Assembly: GCF_008831285.2 (NCBI RefSeq)
Contig: NC_045138.2
Coordinates: 18,290,001-18,354,000, forward strand
Length of the DNA stretch: 64,000 nucleotides
Direction: 5' to 3'
Source: Nymphaea colorata
Lineage: Eukaryota
Shown here piece after piece: positions 13,348 through 27,800 of the stretch. The notes under the pieces were generated by a model, which searched no databases, had not been told where the DNA came from, and worked only from the letters and a program-made list of their open reading frames with translations. Both the position numbers and the translations under genes were made by a program. The number at the start of each line of letters is the position of its first letter. Position 1 is the first letter of the stretch.

Positions 13348-14534
13348 GTTCCTAAATGTGTTTGTGTATATATATAAGTACCCTTAAAAGTATTAAAGTA
13401 TATATATATATATAGGTAAGGAATAGAAAAGAGTGTGTGTGTATGATATATATATATATGTATATATATATATGCCGGGCAATAAGTTCGTAACTCACAT
13501 TGCTATATGTACACGACGACAATCTCAGAAGAAAGAACGTTGTTTGTTTTCAGTTATTGTTTTTGTTAGGGTCTTGAAAAGTGTGCGTTGTGCTCTTTTA
13601 AGTTAGTCTTATGAAATCGTGTGATCTTGGGAATCAAATTGGTGCGTTTTTGTTGTTATTCCTGTGATTGGTGATAGAATACCTGCATGTGATTGGTGAT
13701 AGAATACCTGCAGTATAAACATGCATCTTATTATTAGAGATTGCAATCCCGGTCGAACAACCTTTTAAAAACCAATGTATATACAACGTCTAAAAACCAA
13801 TGCTATATACAACGAGGGGCCAAGTTAGAAATTTTTTTATTAAAGAGAATTAGTAATAAAATTTTAATTTAAAATGTCAATACAAAAACAAGTATTTTAT
13901 GTAGCCCACTCGTGGAAATTTATCCAGCTCGACAAAGTTCCCCATCTTTGTCAATGCAGCCCTAATATACAAGGAAATGTCCTTCCTTTTCTTTTCCTTT
14001 TGGCGGAAGTCTTTGAGCCATCGTCTAGCTTGGTTGGTCAGGTGTATGTATCTCGCCTAGGCAAGATTCTTTTTTTTCAATTGATTCTAAATACTCTGCA
14101 TATTCGCCTCATATAAGCTACACCCGATCTTGCCCTTCCTTAGGAGCAAACCATAAATGCCATAAACAATCCAGGGCTAGCTTCAGGCTAGCTAAACTGC
14201 AACACCCATCAGTACATGAAAGAAATTAGGCCTCATTAAACTGGATGGCCGCCTCATGTCATGAGTACAATTGGCAGTTTGTATATCAAAGAAGCGCAAA
14301 GTTTTTCACAAGGATTTATAAGATTAGAACTTTTCCTTTACACATGTGATAATGGTGTTTCAGCGTTACAAAAAAATATATAAAGTACACCTTTACCCAT
14401 CCAACCGTCCATAGCAAGAGAGGCCCACGAACTGGGAAACACTGCACAATGGTCTATTAGGAAGCTAATTGAGCGTTGTAACTGGTGCAGACATAAAAAT
14501 GCACATCCCCAGGCATGTCTCTCAGAAGTTACCT

Positions 14535-17500
14535 TCAATGGGATGCTGGTGTTCTATTCCAAGACAAATAGTTTGGGTCTCCCAGACTCCTGCAAAGAAA
14601 TCACCGTCAGATATCCACACAAACATGGAAAAGATATGCAGAAAGAGAATATCACAGCATGATGAATCAGTGAACCAGTACAGCAGGTAATTGTTCCTGC
14701 GACAGGTACAAAGAATAAACAAATCTGGAGGAACCAAAGTAACTGAAAAAAGAAAATGCGAGAATAAAGCACTCCTTTCCTGGTTCAGAAAGTCTTATTA
14801 AAATAACTGCTACTTTTCAAAAATATAGCAGCTCACATGAACTACCTGAAAGCCGTTCATGGTGCTCAAAGGCCTTCTTAATGGACAAGCAAAAATAGGG
14901 AGTAAACAAATACTGAAAGCCACCAAACCATAGAAATTGAAAACCACCTTTCAAGAAAAAAAGTTGAAAGATATTATCCGTAGATGTTCAAAGATAAGGT
15001 CGCTAATGCCTTGAATACTCGAGGAGGATAAACCTTTAAGCCATCAGAGTTACTTACAAATGTTATAAACGAGGTGCATAAAAGAAAACCAACAGTTCTC
15101 TGTGAATCTCTAGGTTCAAAGTGCACCAATTGAGCAAGCCCCAGCAGAATACACAAAGGCAATCAAATGTATAAATGAGAAATAACAATTTTACCAACCT
15201 TGGGTGGACAAGATATACCACAAGGAAGACCAGAGCCAAGAAGAAGCTCAACCCACCAACAGTAAGGTATGCCACACCAAGGAAGTCATTCTTTCCACCA
15301 AGCCAACTAGTAGTGGAAAGCACCAGCTTCTTCTTGCCACCAAAACTGTACGTGTTATAGTTGTTTTGTATGACCACATCTATCGTGGTACTTTCATTGA
15401 GATCAACATTTATCCTCCCATACAACTTCCTAAAGGTTGGCAAGGCTGCTGTTCGCATCCAGACAATAAGGTCTTCTTGCTCACTCAACTGCATGTACAG
15501 CATAAGGTTCAAGAACAGACCAAGCTTTCTGCAAAGCCCATACGCTAGGACGCAAAATTCTAGAAAAAAAAGGAAATGCACAATCAATAAAAATAAATAA
15601 ATGCACAGCACATACAGGTATGCTTTCATTAAGTTTTGCACCGCCGATTAGACCTCCATTTTGAAAATTCTTTGGATAAACATCCTTTCCAAATTTATGA
15701 TCACGATCACTCTTCCAAGATATGTCCTTTTTATTGACTTCCAAGGATTTGCTATTGATTGAAAACCCATATGTATCATTAAACAAGCTCCAAGCTATGA
15801 GACCACAAGGAACAATAGGAAGGCCATTTGAACCCTTAGCTTCAGGGTCGCAGTTAGTAGTAGTATTTTCATATTTCTTGCTCATCAACTGTTTGTCGTT
15901 CCTGCTCTTAACATACCTGAACAACCATGAATTTGGAAGTCAATAAATAACTGAACATGATAATAAAGAGATCCGATAAAAATATTATGCCCTACAGTAA
16001 ACCACTGAAAGTCTGAAAGCAGTCCTGAAAAAATTGACCTTTCTTAATCATTTCTTAATTTCAGATTTTAAGTCTGCATGAACTTCTAATACAAACACTC
16101 TCAAACATCTTAAGGCAAAATTATTTCTCTCTCTCTCTCTCTCTCCAAGAGGTGTCAAATAGGCAGCCATGCACAGACCTGGAACCCTGCAAACTTATAT
16201 GGGAAGCACTTCGTGAATTATCCTTTTATATTTTGGTCAATAGTTACAATTACTAATCTTCAAGACTCAAAGTGCAAGGGACTAAAATTTCAGCTAAAGG
16301 CATCCACAAGATTCTGCTTCAAAGGAATTCTACCTAAGACATCACTTTTCTGTAAATAATGGAAAATGCAACAAAGTAACAAACGAGGACCTGCGATGGT
16401 TCTGGTAGAAGTTATCCAGCTGATAATACACATAGACAGGTGCTTTCATCTTACTCGGCACCTGAAGGGAGTTCATTTAATTCACCATTATTATATTGAG
16501 AAAATAAAAATAAAAATTATAGAGGGGCAGAGTGGTTAAGAAGTTCTCACGGTCAACTTTGCAGTACAGGTCTTGTCAGCATTGCCATTTTGGATGAAAC
16601 TAAGCTCATTCCCTGTCCAGTTACGAGGAACACAAGCAGTTTCATATTGGTACACGATTTCAACAACCTGAATCACAAACAAGATTCTATATGAAGGGGT
16701 AAAAAACAGAAAACATAAGTAAATGCTTTCACAACACAGGAAAAGATGATGCAGATCAAAGCTCAAAATTACTGTCTTACACCACGTGATGCAAACAATG
16801 AAGCAACTCCGATTGGAATGAAGATCACACCGATGAATGTGAAAGCTGTGATCACCTGTCAAACATAATGAAATGGTAAAACTTTCAGGTAAAGCTACCT
16901 GCAAACTAAACACAATTAAAGACAGCGACAACCTTTTTATTAGGAAGTAATGAGTCAACGACAAAAGACTGGATAAACTAAAAAGAAGTCTAACACTACA
17001 AGTAGCTGAGCTTACCCATCCTGGTGTCAAAATAGGTTTGCAAGCAGGAAGTTCTTGCTGAGTAAACCTTGAATCTGAAAAAAGCAGGAGAGTATATCTT
17101 TCCATCAGTAAGATTACCAATAGCAAACTCATCTTAAGTAATGGATTTCTACAAAACATTACCAAATATACATGATAAGCAACAAAACCTACTTTAAAGT
17201 TTAAACTTTAATGTTTAAAGTATTTAAAATGTATATTTGTGTCTCCAGATACTGAATTTAAAATTTCAAAGCAGCCCTCATGAAAGGACCTACTAATCTT
17301 AAACAGCTGGTTGGATTCTGAAAATTAGTTGGACCTTTCACCAATATCCAGAGGCCACACATGAAGCTACAATGTCTGAAACGATTGCCAATGAGAAAAA
17401 TTTACAGATTCCCTGAAAAATTTGTGCACTGTGCAGTTTTCATTTCCCGACTGCGAACATGCCTTTATGATTAATTTTGACAACCATCTAAAAACGAAAA

Positions 17501-20500
17501 GCATCTTATGATTTCAAAACACATAAGATGCTTCAATTACTTTCTTGTCATATTCATATGAATTTTATATACTCTTCCTAATGCCTAATAACAGAAGAAT
17601 AGCAAGTACCTACTCTAGTCACTCTGATATGACAGATCAAAGTAAACCACCCTATGGGTTTACATGTAACTAGGGAATTCCAAAATAACATCAAATATAC
17701 ATCAACACCTTTTCTCTTGTATTTCAATGCTCAATACATCTAAGAGATACCCTGGTCTGTACTTCCATACATGCAACTTCAGATCTTTGTAGTTAACAGT
17801 GCAACTATGCTGGGGCGAGGCGCTGGCTGTACCTACACACCTACATTGAGGTACCTACAAGATCCCCAATTTTTTATATTAACACTAAAAGTTCAATTTT
17901 TGTTCTATCTTCCAGCATATTGACCAAGTGTTGTCATTAAATGCCCACTTTGACATTTTCCTTTCTTTTTTCCCATATTTAACTTTTTCCTTTTTCTTTT
18001 GTTGAACAGGACTGACTAGCTTCCGCTATGTCTTTTTATGGAGTCCATGGTATATGCCTGACTAGTAATTTTATCTAGAGCTCTAAATGGGCATAAGATA
18101 CTCATTGAATAGAAGATTTTATCTAGAGTTCTATATCACACTCTCCCCGATTGCGGGCACCTTCTCTATTATTTACCTCCCCTCTAATGGTCATCATGGT
18201 TACAAAAAATTCTTTACGAGCTCTAAGCTCAAGGGACTTACAAGTGAGCACTACACACACATACACACAGAGAAATATATTCGATACACAAGGAATTCAA
18301 GGTTCAAATATACAATATACCTGTAGCCAAGGACCAATTTCTCTTTTGATTTTTAGGTAAGATAGAAAATAGATAATCGAGAATCCAGCTTAATTGCAAG
18401 CAATATCGCTACTTTAGCCAACAAGCAATATTTCTAGTACTACTTGAAAAACTGCAGTCAAGCATAGTAGATGGAACTTGCAGATCCACATATAGATACC
18501 ATAGCATCTTTAAGTTGTAATGCCATTGATAGATAAACTACTTCAGCACCATTATAGGAAATTCAGGCAGAGCATCCATTTATTATATATTAAAACTAAA
18601 AAGAGGAACATGTTCCTCCAGCAACAGCATGAATGGAAGCATAGGCTTGTATTTCATTTTAAGATAATCTTTCGCATCTTTTCATCACATGCTTTTTTGC
18701 CAAGAATGTCATGAAGATCGCACTGTTATACGACTGAGCCCCTGAATTGTTCAGGATTTCCTCATGAACTAGCCTTGTTAGATGATGTCTAATTTGTTCT
18801 CTACTTCTACAACCTAAAGGATGGAGGTAACACAGACAATTTGTATCTTGATATGGCTTCCAAGGAATCCAACAGATCGCACCTTTAGGATTTCATTTTG
18901 ATTCCAAAATTATGCACATAAAACCTACCAACCATATTTTCCCAAATGAAAAGGTAAAATGTCCTGGTAATATGATTCAAATATGAACTTTTGTATCAAT
19001 GAAGACATGCCTGTCAACAAATTTTTTACCACAAAGAAGGACTGGCAAGGCTCAAATATTAATTGCCACCATAACAAACAACCTCCAAATGAATACTTTT
19101 AATTTAATGTAAGTAATTCAATTGAACCTGGTACCAGATGACTTTGCTACTGGAGGTAACATGATGATGTAAAACAACACATCGGTCTCAAATAGCCTCT
19201 AATGCAAGGAGGAACGAAAAATCTAATCAACGTACAGTGATCATAAGGACTCTCACCAAAGATTAACTGGAATAACATAGCAATCTTAAAGACTGCAGAA
19301 ATTTCTATCATGTTTTTTGAGTCATTACAAAATCACGTCCAATTGTATATGTGTTGTTGACCTACTCAACTAGTCAAACTAGTCCGTAGCCAGCTGACTA
19401 GTTCGTAGCCACATGGTTGGTAGGGCATAGGCAGCCGACTATTCACTACAAGTGAATGACTAATGTCTATATATATATTAGTTTTGGCAATTTAAAAGCT
19501 GCGCTTATATTATATTGAGTATTTTAGTAGACTGACTGAGATCAACCCAAAAATTAATCAGTCTCGACCAATTCCAATTATTCTTTCAAAGCCTTGGCTC
19601 ATGTCCAACTTTGACAACTTAAGTTGTATGAGAAATCGATAAATCATGCCACATCTTATAAGCCGTTCACTTAAAATTTGAGCAACTTTATACGACTTGT
19701 TAAGCATATCTTTTTTTACACCAGAGCATGAAAACTAACCTGGAAGTTCCGTTTCTTATATCTAGATTCTAGACCAATCAATTAGTTGATCACGAAGCTC
19801 CCCTTATTCCTAAGCTGTCATATATCTCCAGAAATCGATAAGAAAGGAAAGGTTGCATTTTGGACTAGCCCATGAAATTCGATTCGCTTGATTCCAATAC
19901 TTAGAAATACCGCAAATAAAATTAATAAATCATGTTATCGGAAATTCACTTATCACAATTATTTTCCACACTTTCACCGAAAGGCATATGGAACAACAAT
20001 TTGCAAGTTCAAAACCTTTTTGGTATTACGTCCCATTCGCCTGATCTGAGCATTCCCAATTATTTTAGTCTTACCGTATCAGCGGGATCAATTTCTTTAC
20101 TCGGTTCTTATGACCGATATAATGCCAAAGGAACCAAAAAAATCGCCAGGAAAAATATCATATAACCCTCCTGATGCAGGTTTCGTCATCTTTATTCTAA
20201 TATCCTGGAAAATCAACAAATGATCCTCTCTAGTACAAATCCCAGACCTTTTTCACCTAAACCACCTACAGAAGATCAAACTCTTTCGTCCTCCATCAAG
20301 ATAAAAGAAAATCGGCTGGAAAGAAAACAAAAAAAAAAAAAATCCTCCCACAAACCCTAGATTGCCCGTTGGAAACAATGATATCAGCAATAATTTCAAA
20401 ACAGAAAAGGTCAGGAACATCACAGGCCAAATGAATTGTCAACGTAGAACAACAAAAATTCGAGGAATATCCCAATTAGAGCTTTTATGGCGGGAGAACT

Positions 20501-20588
20501 CACACTTAGGCCTCTTGGAGTTGCGCCTGGGGCCAGAGGGATCGGCCGCCCCGTTGCTCCCCGAGCTTGTAGCTCCTGACGCGCTCAT
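14535..20588 (-). CDS. ALIS: ALA-interacting subunit (CDC50/LEM3 family, P4-ATPase beta subunit), ~350 aa; exons 20588-20504, 17074-17016, 16855-16781, 16667-16551, 16461-16391, 15916-15616, 15488-15199, 14589-14535
   Basis: Eight GT-AG exons total 1053 nt in frame. Motifs RRNSKRPKYSRFTQQELPACKP, YYQLDNFYQNHRRYVKSR, PCGLIAWSLFNDTY, WMRTAALPTFRKLYG, SWLGGKNDFLG, RSLGDPNYLSWNR. Confidence 0.97.
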
Positions 20589-23500
20589 CCCGCCCAATTA
20601 GATCTCCACCGAAATCTGAAAATGGGGAGAACGGGTGCTCGCCGGAAACACCAAGTCCCGGTCCCCGGCGAAGGAAGAAAACAGCAGAGACGAAATGAAC
20701 GAATAAACAAGTACGACGGAGAGACAGAAATCGGAGATCATGGGGACTCTTTATTGTAAATATTTTCTTCTTGGTGCCTTGTTTGACCTTTCGTTTAAGC
20801 CGTCTGACAACCCAAAATGACTGGAGATGCCCTCGTCGTTCCTTTCCTTGTAACATTCCCGCTGCCAAATTTCCATTTCCATAAAAAGTCTCAATTGATT
20901 AATTATTTCATATAGCTCCCTGTGTCTCCACATTTACCCTTCCTTAAAAAAGAAAAATTCGACCAATCTGAAGTTTGTTGTATCCAGTTAGTTGGTAAGT
21001 TGTACCAAATTTTCTGATGATGGTCAGTTTACTTAGCTAAAATGCTTAAAATTAAGACTTTTAATTGAAGAAAATTATGAGTGTAAGCTTTGATGGTGTA
21101 TATTTTTTGCCATGAACAGGTAAGAGTTTGCCTTTCCATTGGAGATTAACCTTTAATATTTAGATTAAATTTCTAAGGAAGAACCCGTGATTGTTTTAAG
21201 TTAGAACTTTGGAATCACAAATTGTTAACTATATCCTTTACACTAAAAGGCTTTGCGTTTAAGTGTTTTGTTTTATACCCTCTAGCTTTGGTCAATAGCC
21301 AGGATGGAAAAGTTACCACTAAAAATATAGAGAAACTGCCACACATAACACAACTTTCTTGAGTGAGTAGAAGGATTATTTAATTCTAGTGTTCACAAAT
21401 AAAGTTTTCACCCAATTTCTTATCCTATTAAGATACAGGTTCTCCTTTGATGTGTTGGGATACTGCATCTAAGGTGCTTAAACTTGTGTATTGATGTCTC
21501 ATTCACTTTGATGCCTTGGAAACTCAAATAAAAACTAACTACTTACTAGCCTCTACTCTGACTATTATGAACCTTCTTTAGGTCATACTTTGAGATCACT
21601 TTAACTTTAATCTAACATGCAAAAAAAAAAAAAAAACACAAACACACACACAAAAAGAAAATTTTTAACAATATCTGCCCTTTCCTTTGAGGATCCAAGA
21701 TTATATATTACTGGCAGCATTCTGAATATTTTATTCTCGCAAGGGGTTTCAAAGAAAAAAGTTAGAAATGTCATTTGCCGTAACGGGAATGGCATAAAGG
21801 TAAACACAAGAGACGGCATCAGCATGTCCATGTTGACCACCTTGAAGAATTAAATAAATGTTGAGAAGAGGGAAGCTTCTGCCGCGGAAGCCTTTCCGAA
21901 TGAGCCTTAGTTGCCATATATTCAAAGACCGCGTCCTTAGAATTCCCTTCGTTAGAAGTATACAATTACTTATCAAAAAATGAAAAAGATTCGAAAAGCG
22001 ATGTAGAAATATATAATAATTCTTAGAAAAAAATAAATACATCGAGTAATGAAATTCAGAAAAGTGGTGGAAAATGAGAACCATCATATTGGGCCAATAT
22101 GGTTTTGAAAATAAGGCCTTTGATTTTCAATAAATATATTTATCTTTTAAAAAAAAAGATGTTACTTTATCCTTGGGGAAATCTTGCATGAAATCCCTAT
22201 AGATTTGAACTTCCGAAACATAAAATGGATCCAAATCTCAGTGGATTGCAATTATGATTTCATTTGAATTTTTCAAAATTTTCCATAATCTTAAGCTGAA
22301 ACTTTTTTCCTGGTCTGTATTGTTTGGATCTCTTTCAGGGATCCGCTCTTCTAGAATGAATTTGAAAGACTTTTCCAGCATTGAATTATATATATGCACT
22401 TCAACCGATGGGCAACGATCGTAAGTGACGACCATTATGGCCAACGCCGCAGAAGCAATACCTTCGGTCAAAGTGTGGGTTCCATGCAACCTGGATTTCA
22501 GATCAGATCTGAGAACCAAGGGTAACAGATAGTCGACATTCTTATCAAGACAATGGATATTTTTTGACCTCTTCTTAATTATCTTTTTAATAGTTCTCAG
22601 CCTTCAAATCTTCTATTCAACTTCGAAAAATCCTTCTGCGTTTCAAGAACTGCCGGTGGCTTAGGGTCAAGATCCAAATTGACTCCAAAGACATGGATTC
22701 AAAGTCATCCTGGTGGGCTTCAGTTCTGGATTTCTTTCGAAATTCAATCTCAGACCTATGTTTTCTTCGATCTGCACCACATATCCAGACTACATGCAAC
22801 GGATTCGTTTCTTTTACTATTATTTTTTGTTAGTTCAAAGCAATAGGTGTCGGACCTATAACATCATATTCAATTCGATGCCGATTGGGATTTGGATTTG
22901 GATCACACTGTTTGTCGGTTCGTTTTGCGTTCCAATCAGCTTAGCCTGCAAAGGAAGCTGAAATGGGGCCTGATTAGCACCAAAGGGTGCTTAATCTACC
23001 AGATATAGAAATAACGGGAAAATCCACCTAGCATTCTGGTAAGAACCACACGAAAGGTGATACGGATCATGTATAGGGCGATTTGGATCCAGCGAAAGGT
23101 GACGATGATCAATACAACCTTGGTGCACCTAACAGCCCAAGGTAGAGCTCTCAACTGGTTACACAGCCATCCATCCACAGCCATCCATCCGTGAGAACAT
23201 CTAACTGAATCTGACCCTTGGATATGAACATCTGTATATCATGTGCCACAAAGAATCATGGATGAAAAAAAATTGTTAATATAGATAGATAATATAGGGT
23301 TGTTTGGTAATGAGAATAGTTTGTTACTATTTCATGAATCTGTTTCAAAAATTGGGAAAGAAAAGATTCATGAAACATTGCGTTAATGTTGCATGAATCT
23401 CATAGCTTTTCAACTCGTGTCCAGAAGCTGATTAATACACTGTATCTGCAAATGCACACACTTGAATCGACATTTATTTTATTAAAATGTTGGTTTTTAT

Positions 23501-23624
23501 GGTCTGATTCAGCCCAGCATCGGCCAATGACAGAAAAGGTCTGAATTGGCATACATACCGATAGTTTACAACACTGTTCTAGATCAATCCATCTGATGGT
23601 CGAAGAGAACCAAGTCGTTCAGGC

Positions 23625-23706
23625 GGCATTTGGTAACAGAAATGCTGGTTCTTTGGAACACCACGCTCCTAACATAAAGAACGCATTCTTCCTGTTACCG
23701 AACACC
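23625..23706. mobile_element. Very short Tourist-like MITE remnant
   Basis: ggcatttggtaacagaaa pairs imperfectly with ttcctgttaccgaacacc. Confidence 0.45.
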
Positions 23707-24873
23707 TTTCTTTGATATTTTATAAAACATTTACATGCTTTTAGCGTTTTATACAACATATACATGCTTTTAGCGTTTTATACAACATATACATGCTTTT
23801 GATAGGCATGAAAAGTATATTGATGACAAACCATCACAGGACAAATATAGGGCCCTGACAGGATCTCACTTCGACAAACTAAAACATTCCATACCCTGAT
23901 TCCGGCTTCCCATCTCACGCCAACGAGGGAGTGAAAAGAAGGAATAAAAAGGAAAAAAGGGAGAAATACAAAGGAATTGAAGCATCTCCAAGCATTCCTT
24001 GCCCGTCAAGAGTACCTCTAGAAAAGACATTTACATGCTTATTTTAGTTCCATAGCTTTAAACAGATAATGATCTATTTCCGTAGCTCTAAACAATAATT
24101 ATCGCATGCAGCTGGTGGCAAAAACCCATCAATTATGGCCGTCAAAACTGAAACTTCAGAGCAGCTCTTTTCATATATATCATAATTTTTATTTCTGTGT
24201 GAAAACCTTTTTCTTAACAGAAGATGCAACGAAGGATTGATCTAGAAAATGAACATGTACTCAGATTCCACAAGAAAATCCCAAGCGGAACCTGAATTCA
24301 GACACCGGGGAAATCCAATCGTTCGACGGAATTGGAAGAAGTGCCATACCATCCATATCGTAAACGGCAGGAAGCAAATCCAACATAGTTGTCTAATGAC
24401 AAAACACAAGAAGATATTAAGGACATCCAACTTAACAGTTGCTATATGGAGCGTCGTGCAATTTCCAGTAGTCAACAAAACACAGGTTTGCATGATATAA
24501 TTTTCAAAGATGCACGCACCTTTGACGATTAATCAATAAAACACCAATGTGTTCTGTCAAAAATTCAGAAAAATTCTGTCAATGCATCTTCACATCCATG
24601 CCCCTCCAACAGAAGTCAACATGTCTTTTATGGGACAAAGGAGGATAAAGTACATTTATTGTTTTGAATACATCGAGCAAACGAGAAGGAAACTTCTATC
24701 AATTTGAAGGACAATTCCATGCCAGTAAATGTATATACTTGTATTGCATCTCAGCTGACAAAGCAAACCTTCAAAAGTATATGATCGTTTTTCCTTCTGA
24801 AATTTCATATCACAAACAATACATTTGACTTTGCGGTAGTATGGCTTTGAGTATAATGCATTCTTTTGTGCAA

Positions 24874-27800
24874 TCAATGTTCTTCAATCTTCTTCAGCCC
24901 CTTCATGTCAGTTGTCTCCACCCTGAAAGAAATTGTAAACAAAAGTTATACGTTGCTTAACTATGATTCTCGAAAAGACCAATAGACAGCATGTGGTCAA
25001 TAATATCAGTTCAATAAACACAAGATGGCCACTTTCATCAAGCAACACATTGTTAAATCTGAATTGTGAGCAACGAATATTTAGTGATCATGTGAATAGA
25101 TCTGACAGAGAAATACAGGCCACATTTCTTTTCCTAGGATCTGTAATGAATGATGATATACCATAAACATTTCAAGAGGTCCAATTAGTAAAATTTTTTC
25201 CAAAAAAATCATTTCATAACAGCTCAATGAAAGGAAATTTCAAGAACCCAAGGATCTGTCCTAGTCCAAATAGCTTCAAGAAATTAAATATGCTTTTATT
25301 TTATCCAAATAGCTTCAAGAAATTAAATATGCTTTTATTTTACTAGTGGATAACGCAGCACATCCACATTCATGAGAACACCAGTAGATATGGATATCCC
25401 AGCAATCTGACTCATAGCTCCAATTCTGCATAAATGTAGCTTTAAAACATCAAACTTATAAAACCACATCCTAACCAATGGACATCGCCCATCTGTATAA
25501 ATCAGTTATGTATACAATTTTACCATTTAGGCCCATCAGAATATCATTTTATCCTTCACCGCTTTGTGTTTTAATTAGCAAGCTGTGAGACATGTTTACC
25601 ATTTAGGCTTCTGATATTGAAATTTAAATATTTAAACAAGCATAGATATTTATATTTTCATATTCACACTACCTAAAATACCAATATAATTCTATGTCAC
25701 ATAGGTACGAGTACGGGTGCGGGTACGGGTGCCGGTGCTGGTACGGACCATTTTTAAAAAACTTGGGTACGGGGGTACGGCCGTACACACACATGTATAT
25801 ATGTCAAAAAATTTCAAATAAGATAACATATTCACACCTAGCAAAAGAGCCGCAACACAAAACCAATAGAAAAATGGATCATTCCAAATAGAAGAAACCT
25901 CTCACGAAATGATATATCACACCAATAACTAGGGAAGGCGCAGAGATGATAAATCTGCAAGAGGAAACTCAAACCGGTTGCCAAACACATTTATCAAGTA
26001 TCAACACATTGAATAATTCCAAAGCTGGAACAGAACATCGATAATAGACACAAAAACAAAAACTATAATCGACAATAGAAAATAGAAACTAAAACCATAA
26101 TGAGGAACAAAGGGAACAGAAAAAACAGACGTCTGTCATCGCTGGTCGTCGCCAGCCTAGGGGTGGAACCAAACATCGATAATACACACAAAAACAAAAA
26201 CTAGAACCAAAAATAGAAAATAGAAACTAAAACCATAATGAGGAACAAAGGGAACAGAAAAAACAGACACAAGGTCGCTGTTTCCGTCGCCGGTCGTGGC
26301 CAGCGGCGAAGGCAGGGGTGGAGCCGATGAAAATGAAAAGAAAAAGGACATAAACAAAAAATTACTGTGACTGTTCGCCTCCTGCCATCGCCGATCGCCG
26401 GCTGCCGTCGCCGGTCGCCGCTGTCGTCACTCAGTGAGAAGAGAACAGAGAAACCCTTAAATGAAAACATGTTTTAAGGGTTTTGAACTTTCGTTTTTTT
26501 AACGTTAAAATGATTTTAAATGATAAAATCTAATAATCGTTAAAATTAAAAAATGACACATTTGGACTCAGTCAAAGTTGACCGTGTCCAAAAAAGGTCA
26601 AAAATGACCTTCGGTGCGTTGACTGTACCCGGTACGGTCAATGCAGCACCTTAGGCATACCGAGTGGCGTAACCGTACCGATACCGGTGTCGTACCGGTA
26701 CCATACAGGTACTCCTCCTTTGTGTGACTTAGAATATAAAAAATATTCTGCAACAGAGATCCAAATCCTAATAATATGCATTTGCTGCCTCTTTAACTCC
26801 AACACTTTCTAGTGGAAGATGAGCCAGTGCAGTGAAGAATCCACAACCTTCGTGAAGGAGCAAAACATTCATTAATTGCATATTGCATCACGACGCGTTG
26901 CAAAACCAAAAAAGCAGAACAACGTCCATAGGACCCACTTCATTACGTTGAATTCCTTTTTTCATCTATGCTAGTAGTTACTAAATTTAGGTAACTATCC
27001 ATAGCTAAAGATTTGAAAACTATTATTTTGCCCCATCTCATGATTTCAGTCACATCAGTTGGACAGCCTCTCAAGTCTCAACCTCCTCAACATTGAGCCT
27101 TGCAAGCTATACAATTTCTGCTAAATTGGTCCCATCTTCAAGGTGATCAAAGACATGATTAAACCATTTCACTGTAGAATCAATCTTTGAACTGATCTTG
27201 CCTGAGGCAGCAGACATTCAGGAACTGGATCATTCATTTTCCAGGCTAACATAAAATTATACAAAAAAATGTATTCATGAAAAAACTACCACATCAAGTC
27301 TATGATTATCTAGAAAAATTAAAAATTATCACCCAGTGAAAGAAAAAAAACAAATGAAAGAGAAACAGTACTCTTCTAACCAACTAATCCAAGATCTCTC
27401 ATCTCTTTATGGATGAGGTTTTCCACAAATACGAACCAGAAACTTGCCAGGTCAATAAGCATCCATTCCAACAAGCAGAACATCCCTCCCTAACTTGATC
27501 TGAAGCATCTATTCTTCTCCTCTTTCCTATTGTGTCAAGATGCCAACCCTCATTATGCCATATTTCCCATCTCCAATTCCTTCAAGCATCTTATTTTTAC
27601 AATAGCATATTATGATCAAATATCAGAAGAGACATCATAACATGATCAAAACATCATAATTTTAATCCAGTTATCAAACAATGTATGTACATCCCTCAGA
27701 TTTGGGATCTTAAGAATATGGAGATTCCTTTCCAACCTTGACCCACCCCTTTTCCCTGGAACCAGAATAAAAGTCAGTAGGTCTGAGGGAGAGTTAGCTT

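Noticed and set aside
13664..13712. Short local tandem duplications (also ~6907-6960, 23730-23800, 25265-25343, 41995-42044)
   Set aside because: Ordinary slippage or repair duplications with no further structure.
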